Position numbers and translations under genes: made by a program. Shown one piece after another: positions 57,274 through 64,000 of a stretch of DNA of 64,000 bases. This stretch comes from Trichormus sp. ATA11-4-KO1 (GTDB lineage: Bacteria; Cyanobacteriota; Cyanobacteriia; Cyanobacteriales; Nostocaceae): the NCBI GenBank assembly GCA_019358915.1, contig JAHHIM010000005.1:32001-96000 (forward strand). Direction: 5' to 3'. Numbering within the stretch: position 1 is the first letter of the stretch; the number at the start of each line of letters is the position of its first letter. The notes under the pieces are model-generated. The model was given only the letters and a program-made list of their open reading frames with translations, was not told the DNA's origin and did no database searches.

Positions 57274-58341
57274 ATGTTGAAAAACTTTTGGTATGCTTGT
57301 GAATTTAGCTCGGCTATTACCAATAAGCCTAAGCAAGTTGTCATGTTTAATCAGAGATTTGTCCTGTATCGCGACTCTCATGGAAAAATCATCGCGTTGC
57401 AGGATCAGTGTCCCCATCGTGGTGCTGCTTTTTCTCTTGGTTGGATTGAAAAAGATTGTATTCGTTGTCCCTATCATGGATGGAAATTTCAAGCTGACGG
57501 GAAATGTGTAGAAATTCCTTCTAATGCACATGGAACTCCTATCCCCAAAAAATCTCGTGTAGATAGCTACCCAGTCAAAGAAAAGTATGGTTTCGTCTGG
57601 CTATTTTATGGGGACTTACCAGAAGCAGAACGTCCTCCCTTGCCAACTTTTCCCGAATACATGGTCGAGACCATGCGTCCTGTTTACGATGATGGGATAG
57701 ACCATGCTAACTATGCTCGTCTCATGGAAGCTAATCTTGATTTTACTCATGTCATAGCAGTCCATAGAAAATCTTTTGGTCAAAGAATCCCTATCAATAA
57801 AACTATCAATTATCAAGTTGATAAATACGATTGGGGTGCAGTTGCCAAAGTTAATTATGAGTCCTTAGGTAATTCCAAAAGTTTCTTAAACTTTTTACTT
57901 GGTGGACGCCCCGAATTAAAGACAAAATTGACCTTGTATCTGCCCAATGTTACCCTCGCAGAAATTAATGTAGGTAGAGGTGGCAGATTTGATATTAAGT
58001 TTGGAATTTTAGTTGCCCACTTGCCCATTGATGAAAATACCACTCGTGTAAAACGCGTTTTGTATCGCAATATTTTACCCGTACCTTGGTTAGATGGTTT
58101 TTTTAGGAAAATTGACCACAAACTTGCTCAAGAAGACACCGTAGTAGTAGCAACTTTAGATTCTCAACCAATGCCAAAAATATCAGATGAACTTCATGTT
58201 GCTGCTGATGCTTTGGATATTACTTTTCGTAAGTTTCTGCAAAAATCTCAGGCTTCATTTTCTGAGTCGAACCTGGATAACCAAAACCACCTTGTTCATG
58301 AATCTTCAAAACTAGTTCATGTGATAGGTGACAGGGGATAG
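57274..58341 (+). CDS. Rieske non-heme iron oxygenase alpha subunit, copy 2
   Basis: CPH-X16-CPYH; EANLDFTHVIAVH; distal ED. Confidence 0.95.
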   Translation: MLKNFWYACEFSSAITNKPKQVVMFNQRFVLYRDSHGKIIALQDQCPHRGAAFSLGWIEKDCIRCPYHGWKFQADGKCVEIPSNAHGTPIPKKSRVDSYPVKEKYGFVWLFYGDLPEAERPPLPTFPEYMVETMRPVYDDGIDHANYARLMEANLDFTHVIAVHRKSFGQRIPINKTINYQVDKYDWGAVAKVNYESLGNSKSFLNFLLGGRPELKTKLTLYLPNVTLAEINVGRGGRFDIKFGILVAHLPIDENTTRVKRVLYRNILPVPWLDGFFRKIDHKLAQEDTVVVATLDSQPMPKISDELHVAADALDITFRKFLQKSQASFSESNLDNQNHLVHESSKLVHVIGDRG

Positions 58342-58427
58342 GGAAAGAGATTTTCCTCTGATTGCGGAATTATTGGTAAAGCAACAGACATACATAGACG
58401 TACTTCATCAATAGTGGGGAGATAAAT

Positions 58428-59432
58428 ATGACTGATGTCCTAGAAAGAACAGTGACACAACAACCAACAATGCGTGGGGTAATAGACAAGATTTTCAGAC
58501 AGATGTTTGAAAATACTTGCCAAGCACTGGTAGCTATGGATGGTAAAGAGCTTCGTGAACAGTCCTGGAATCGAGATCAAAAGGGCATCTGGACAGTTGG
58601 TAAAAGTAGTGAAGATGCTATCTATATTGATCGTGCGTTGCACAATGGCAATGTCTTTGAAAAGATGGGAGCCAACTATGTAGCGATAGAGGGTGAGTTA
58701 CCTCCGGGAATGTCTTTTCAGCAATCAGGTGCGCTGGCTACAGGTGCAGCAGATCAAATGATTACGACTAGAGGTAATCGCTTCTTCGCCACAGGTTCTA
58801 GCTTTGTGATTCATCCCCACAACCCGATGGCACCGACGGCGCATGTCAACTACCGTTATTTTCAAATTAGTAACGGCAATCAACCTGTTTATTGGTGGCT
58901 TGGCGGCGGCGCAGACCTGACACCGGCATACCTATTTGAGGAAGATGCAGTGCATTTTCATCAGGTGCATAAAGAGGTTTGTGACAAGTACGATCCTGCT
59001 TATTACCCACGTTTTAAAAAGTGGTGTGACGAGTACTTCCACATCCCACATCGAGCTGAAAGCCGGGGTATAGGGGGAATTTTCTTCGACCATCTCAATA
59101 ACGGCAATCCTCAAAAACTGCTGTCATTTGTGACAAATTGTGCTGATGCTTTTATTCCTGCCTATCTGCCGATTGTCGAAAGACGTAAAGATATGTCCTT
59201 TACAGAAGCAAATAAGAATTGGCAACATCTGGTGCGGGGGCGCTATGTGGAATTTATCTTGTCCTGCGATCGCGGCATCCGTTTTGGTTTAGCCAGTGGT
59301 ATGGTGAAGCAGCAAAGTGTGTTTAATTGTATGCCTCCTGCTGCTAGCTGGGAATATGACGATCAACCTGTCCCTGGTAGCAAAGAAGCGATGCTCAAAG
59401 AAGTTTTGCAAAATCCTCGAGATTGGCTATAA
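58428..59432 (+). CDS. hemF: Divergent oxygen-dependent coproporphyrinogen III oxidase homologue (HemF-like)
   Basis: GNVFEK, HPHNPMAPTAHVNYRYF, WWLGGGADLTP, FKKWCDEYF, RGIGGIFFD, RGRYVEF. Confidence 0.9.
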   Translation: MTDVLERTVTQQPTMRGVIDKIFRQMFENTCQALVAMDGKELREQSWNRDQKGIWTVGKSSEDAIYIDRALHNGNVFEKMGANYVAIEGELPPGMSFQQSGALATGAADQMITTRGNRFFATGSSFVIHPHNPMAPTAHVNYRYFQISNGNQPVYWWLGGGADLTPAYLFEEDAVHFHQVHKEVCDKYDPAYYPRFKKWCDEYFHIPHRAESRGIGGIFFDHLNNGNPQKLLSFVTNCADAFIPAYLPIVERRKDMSFTEANKNWQHLVRGRYVEFILSCDRGIRFGLASGMVKQQSVFNCMPPAASWEYDDQPVPGSKEAMLKEVLQNPRDWL

Positions 59433-59802
59433 ATTTGCCGAGCCTGATCATTTGAATTAAGACAATTGAACATAGCAAATAAGATAGTCATACTTGAGAT
59501 GAGAAAAACAAAATCGCTGAACACAAGGCAATCTAAAGCCAAAAGTACGTTTCAACAGCCACTACCAATAATGGCAAATAGTTTTACTTCTTACAAAACA
59601 AGAAGGTACAGACACACTACAAGTGAACTGGAAATAGATATTGCCTTATCTTGTCTTAATGCTTGTAAGTATGTGCTGATTTGGATAATTGGCCTTTGCT
59701 TGTATTCGAGCATGTAAATACTACTCCTCTTTTGTTTCAAGAATACTTATTTCAAGTAACCACAAATACACAAAGGAAAATTAGGTGTAGGAAAAGATAA
59801 CA

Positions 59803-60429
59803 ATGAGCATGGAAACTGAACTGGTTACAGGCAATCTTCGCATGGAAGATATCATCAATCTAGATGAATCAAAAGCCATGAATTTGTTTAGGAAGAGATT
59901 TCAAAGATACAAAAAGCTGGCAGAGGAAATAGGAGATGCAGCCGCTTTTGAAAAGATGATGGAAAAATATCCTGAACAACAAAAGGCGTTGATGGGTACT
60001 TTCATTGATCACAATACTCTAGCGCAAGGTTTCCAGGAAGCTGCTCCTTTGTTAGGATTGATGGGTTTTGTCATGGATATAGTAGATGTCTCGCAAAACG
60101 GGACAGATGCAGCATTAGAAATTCAAAGGGTTTGCCCAGTTTTATCTATCGCTAAAGAATACGGTTTTGATCAGCCGTGTCGTGTTTTTTGTGAGATGGA
60201 ACAAGAAGCGACTAGAAGAGCTTTTCCTGGGATAAAAGCTGCGATTTTGAGTAAACAAGCAGAAGGAGACTGTGTTTGTGTATTTAAGTATGAAAGATTG
60301 ACTAATCAGTCGTTAATCTCAAATACACAAACATCAAGTTTAATACATGGTTTTTTGACTTTAATTGGACTAATTCCCAACTTGCTTAAGATTGGTGTCA
60401 AGATGGTCAAATTGCGGTTATTTAATTAA
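59803..60429 (+). CDS. L-2-amino-thiazoline-4-carboxylate hydrolase-family protein (TolI-like)
   Basis: CP..(X)..CRVFCEME...GDCVCVF cysteine pattern; located directly after hemF. Confidence 0.7.
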   Translation: MSMETELVTGNLRMEDIINLDESKAMNLFRKRFQRYKKLAEEIGDAAAFEKMMEKYPEQQKALMGTFIDHNTLAQGFQEAAPLLGLMGFVMDIVDVSQNGTDAALEIQRVCPVLSIAKEYGFDQPCRVFCEMEQEATRRAFPGIKAAILSKQAEGDCVCVFKYERLTNQSLISNTQTSSLIHGFLTLIGLIPNLLKIGVKMVKLRLFN

Positions 60430-60589
60430 TTGCAATTAGCAATTTTGGCAAGTATTTAGTTTGTAGCCGTTGCCAAAATAATTCACTAATAAACATAAGC
60501 AACGGCTTGATAAATCATTTTCAAAAACATTTATTTCTCATCTCTCCGTGTACTCTGTGTCTCTGTGGTTTTATTAAAACTTTAAACTT

Positions 60590-62005
60590 ATGAACAGCAT
60601 TATTTCAGATTTAAAACAAATTATTGCAGGTGAAGTTAGTAACTTAGAAGCAGAATTAGCAGCAGTTTCTCAAGATTTTGGTGGCATTATTCAAAAACGA
60701 CCTCAAATTGTAGTTCGTCCGCAAAATTCTACTGATGTTGCTCAAGTAATTCAGTATGCTGCTAAACAAGGATTAACTGTTTCGTCACGAGCTGCGGGAC
60801 ATTCACTAGGTGGTCAATCTTTGAATCAAGATGGAATTCTTTTAGATATGCGGAATCTCAATCAAATTCACGAATTCCGTCCCGATGAACTTTGGTTTAA
60901 AGCTGATCCTGGTGTGACGTGGAAGCAGGTAGTTGATATTTCTATACCTCATGGTGTAATTCCGCCTGTACTCACAAATAACTTTGAGGTTACTTTGGGA
61001 GGAACTCTATCTGCGGCTGGTTTAGGCTTGAGTTCTTTTCGTTATGGTTCTCAAGCTGATAATTGTTTGGGTTTGGAAGTTGTTACTGGTACAGGAGATA
61101 TTGTCTGGTGTACACCAGAAGCAAATAGTGAACTTTTTTATCATGTGCTTTGTGGTTATGGGCAGTTTGGCATTATCACGAAAGTTCAAAATCGCCTGAG
61201 AAAATATCGTTCTTACACTCGCAGTTATTTTCTTTGCTATGACGATTTAGATACTCTTTTAAATGATGAGCGTCGCCTTGTTTCTGAAGGTTGTATTGAT
61301 GGTTTAGTATCTTTGTTCTCTCCTTGCCTACTAGGAATGTCTAGGCTAGAAACGAAGATTAAACCCCTAATTCAGTGGTTTTACAGAATGCAAATTACTT
61401 TAGAAGTGGATTCTGTTAATGATATAAATGAAGAAAAATTGCTTTCTGGTTTAAATTTTTATCGTCACATCCACACCGAAGACCTAACTTTTGATAAATT
61501 CATTCAACCAATGGGGCAAGTATCTCATCCTGTAGGTACTGCTAACACCTGGATAGATATTCTTTTACCAGGAGCAAAGGCAAAAGAATTTATCGATATT
61601 GCGCTTCAGTACATACCTTCCTTTATTGACTTCCGAACTATACCTGTAGGTTCCTTTTGTCTTAATTCTCGCAATCATCAAACGCCCATGTTTCCTTTAC
61701 CAGAAGATGATTTAATTATCGGGTTAGGTATGTATCCAACTATCCCTAAATCTCAGCTTAAACCTGTGCTAGAGCAATTAAATCTACTCACTGATCTGGG
61801 CTTCCAAATGGGTGGCAAAAGATATATGGCTACCTGGGTAGAATTTGACCTACCAAGATGGCGACTGCAATTCGGTGATTACTGGCCTAAAGTCAATGAA
61901 ATGAAAAGGAAATATGACCCTCATGGGATACTCAATCCTGGTTTCTTCAAGTATGAACAGGTTGAACAGGCGAATCTCAAAAGTATTTATGTCCCGTCCC
62001 ATTAA
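60590..62005 (+). CDS. FAD-binding oxidoreductase (VAO/cytokinin dehydrogenase-like)
   Basis: RAAGHSLGGQS (putative covalent-FAD His), TLGGTLS, LEVVTGTG, GQFGIIT, KRKYDPHGILNPG. Confidence 0.92.
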   Translation: MNSIISDLKQIIAGEVSNLEAELAAVSQDFGGIIQKRPQIVVRPQNSTDVAQVIQYAAKQGLTVSSRAAGHSLGGQSLNQDGILLDMRNLNQIHEFRPDELWFKADPGVTWKQVVDISIPHGVIPPVLTNNFEVTLGGTLSAAGLGLSSFRYGSQADNCLGLEVVTGTGDIVWCTPEANSELFYHVLCGYGQFGIITKVQNRLRKYRSYTRSYFLCYDDLDTLLNDERRLVSEGCIDGLVSLFSPCLLGMSRLETKIKPLIQWFYRMQITLEVDSVNDINEEKLLSGLNFYRHIHTEDLTFDKFIQPMGQVSHPVGTANTWIDILLPGAKAKEFIDIALQYIPSFIDFRTIPVGSFCLNSRNHQTPMFPLPEDDLIIGLGMYPTIPKSQLKPVLEQLNLLTDLGFQMGGKRYMATWVEFDLPRWRLQFGDYWPKVNEMKRKYDPHGILNPGFFKYEQVEQANLKSIYVPSH

Positions 62006-62020
62006 TCAGGCGTAAAAACG

Positions 62021-63241
62021 ATGTTGCGAAATTCTGAGGAAATGAAGAAATCATCTCTATTTCCTACTAATTTGCGTTGGTTAGCTGCTGTGGGTATTAC
62101 CTGTATGATGGCGATGGGAGCGGGAGTAGTATATGTCACTCGTCCACCAGCTACTACGAAAAATCCAGTCGTCACTGCACAAGTGAGCCAACCAGTTATT
62201 CCCAAGGTGAATGCATTAGGAAGATTAGAGCCAGCAGGTGAAGTAATTAAGATTTCGGCTCCAACTAATCCCAGTGCTGGTAGTGGTAGCCGTGTTACTC
62301 AATTGTTAGTTGAGGAAGGTACGCAGGTACGAGCAGGACAGACGATCGCCATTTTGGATAATCGCGATCGCCTACAAGCTAATTTAAAAGAAGCACAGCA
62401 GCAAGTCCGAGTGGCTCAATCCCGACTGACTCAAGTCAAAGCCGGGGCCAAACAAGGTGAAATAACCGCTAGACAAGCAACTGTGAGCAATCTGCAAGCA
62501 CAGTTAGATGGTGAAATCCAAACCCAACAAGCTACTATTGCTCGCTTAGAAGCAGGGTTACAGAACGCAGAGATAGAATTTCGCCGCTATGAAAGTCTTT
62601 ATCAAGAAGGCGCGATCGCGGCTGCGGATCTCGATGGTCGGAGATTAACTTTAAGAACCGCTCAAGCAGAATTGAATGGTGCTAAAGCCAGCTTACAAAG
62701 AACACAACGCACCATCACAGCCCAAATTCAAGAAGCCAAAGCCACCTTGGAGCAAACAGCAGAAGTGCGTCCTACAGATATAGCCACAGCACAGGCAGAA
62801 GTAGATAGTGCGATCGCCTCAGTTGAGAAAATGCGAGTTGAACTCGACTCAGCATATATTCGCGCCCCAAAAGCAGGTCAAATTCTGCGAATTCAAGCTC
62901 GTCCCGGCGAAACTATCGATGAAGCAGGAATTGTCGAACTTGGTCAAACAGAGCAAATGTATGCTGTAGCTGAAATCTACGAAAGTGATATCGCTAAAAT
63001 TCGCCCTGGTCAAACTGCCAGTATTACTAGTCCTAGCAATGCCTTTGAGGGTAAGTTAAGCGGCACAGTTGATCGTATTGGTTTAAAAGTGGCGAAAAAA
63101 GATGTCTTAGACAGCGACCCCACGGCGGCCACAGATGCCAGGGTAATTGAAGCCAAAATTCGTTTAGATCAAACAGCAAGCCAGCAAGTGGCTAACTTTA
63201 CTAACCTTCAAGTCAATGTCGAAATAGTCATTGGTCAATAG
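62021..63241 (+). CDS. devB: DevB family ABC exporter membrane-fusion protein
   Basis: ALGRLEPAGEVI, MYAVAEIYESDI, DARVIE, TNLQVNV. Confidence 0.92.
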   Translation: MLRNSEEMKKSSLFPTNLRWLAAVGITCMMAMGAGVVYVTRPPATTKNPVVTAQVSQPVIPKVNALGRLEPAGEVIKISAPTNPSAGSGSRVTQLLVEEGTQVRAGQTIAILDNRDRLQANLKEAQQQVRVAQSRLTQVKAGAKQGEITARQATVSNLQAQLDGEIQTQQATIARLEAGLQNAEIEFRRYESLYQEGAIAAADLDGRRLTLRTAQAELNGAKASLQRTQRTITAQIQEAKATLEQTAEVRPTDIATAQAEVDSAIASVEKMRVELDSAYIRAPKAGQILRIQARPGETIDEAGIVELGQTEQMYAVAEIYESDIAKIRPGQTASITSPSNAFEGKLSGTVDRIGLKVAKKDVLDSDPTAATDARVIEAKIRLDQTASQQVANFTNLQVNVEIVIGQ

Positions 63242-63325
63242 TCATTGGTCATTGGGTATTGGTTATTTCCCCCACTCCCCTGCTCCCCTGCTCCCCCACT
63301 CCCCCACTCCCCCATCCCCCATCCT
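63225..63325. repeat. STRR cluster (GTCATTG)n and (CCCC(A/T)(C/G)TC)n
   Basis: Read directly between devB and devC. Confidence 0.8.
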
Positions 63326-63328
63326 CTC

Positions 63329-64000
63329 ATGTTCAAACCCAAAATCCCCTTGGCTTGGCGGCAACTAATGAAACAAAAAGGGCGGTTTCTCGTTGCCCTT
63401 TGTGGAATTACATTTGCCGATTTTCTCATGTTAATGCAGTTGGGCTTTCAGTCGGCTTTATATGATAGTAATACCCGCTTTCATGAACTTTTACAAGCAG
63501 ATTTAGTATTAATGAGCCGCCAAGGGCAAAATCTAGGATTACTCAGTAGTTTTCCTCGTCGGCGGTTGTTTCAAGCTGCTAATCTATCTGAGGTTGAGTC
63601 AGTTAATCCTTTGTATATTCGTATAGGAGTTTGGAAAAGTCCCCAAACTAAGTTAGATGAATCAATTTTAGTAATCGGCTTTAATCCAGAAAAACCTGCG
63701 TTTAATTTACCAGCAGTCAATCAAAAATTAGATCAGATTAAATATCCCAACACACTGTTATTTGACCGTAACGCCAACGGGAAATATGAACAGGCGATCG
63801 CTCAAATATCTGAAGGTAAACCTGTCACGACAGAACTGCAAGGACGTAAAGTTAAAATTGGCGGTTTGTATGAGGTTGGTGCATCTTTTGTAGCTAATGG
63901 CAGTGTAATTACTAGTGACCAGAACTACTTGCGAATTTTTTCGGCACAGCAACCAGGTAACGTCAACCTGGGTTTAATTAATCTTAAATCGGGTAGTGAT
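63329..64000 (+). CDS. devC: DevC family ABC exporter permease, truncated at the right window edge
   Basis: Manual translation MFKPKIPLAWRQLMKQKGRFLVALCGITFADFLMLMQLGFQSALYDSN..SFPRRRL; open to the window end. Confidence 0.92.
   Translation, partial: MFKPKIPLAWRQLMKQKGRFLVALCGITFADFLMLMQLGFQSALYDSNTRFHELLQADLVLMSRQGQNLGLLSSFPRRRLFQAANLSEVESVNPLYIRIGVWKSPQTKLDESILVIGFNPEKPAFNLPAVNQKLDQIKYPNTLLFDRNANGKYEQAIAQISEGKPVTTELQGRKVKIGGLYEVGASFVANGSVITSDQNYLRIFSAQQPGNVNLGLINLKSGSD

Noticed and set aside
60590..62005. Calling this a true cytokinin dehydrogenase (plant-hormone manipulation)
   Set aside because: Only fold-level similarity is evident, and the operon context favours a biosynthetic oxidase.
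63235..63465. Short ORFs between devB and devC
   Set aside because: Translated STRR repeats overlapping the true devC start at 63329.

Overview
This is a chromosomal window from a heterocyst-forming cyanobacterium (Nostocales), judged from dense HIP1 octamers (GCGATCGC), heptamer STRR repeats and the rbcLXS operon. About 1-55 kb is mostly housekeeping: sigA, rbcLXS, panB, serA, prmA, fabG, groEL2 with CIRCE, corA, rnpB, rnc, queA, por, upp, the sRNA IsaR1 and crtH, scattered with MITEs, small dispersed repeats and IS remnants. The most interesting region runs from about 55.4 kb past the right edge. There, a divergent ribbon-helix-helix regulator with an octamer operator array precedes an operon of two Rieske oxygenases, a divergent HemF, a TolI-like (ATC-hydrolase family) protein, a flavin oxidase and a DevBC exporter. 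This resembles a tolyporphin-type tetrapyrrole-tailoring cluster. Three other candidates stand out: an oxalate-CoA ligase plus PanE2-like pair (possible oxalate-to-glyoxylate route), an orphan TnpB-type omegaRNA scaffold with no tnpB gene, and a paired ATGAC-N4-GTCAT operator shared by an exporter and a secreted repeat protein. All family assignments come from recognising motifs by eye; no database search was run.
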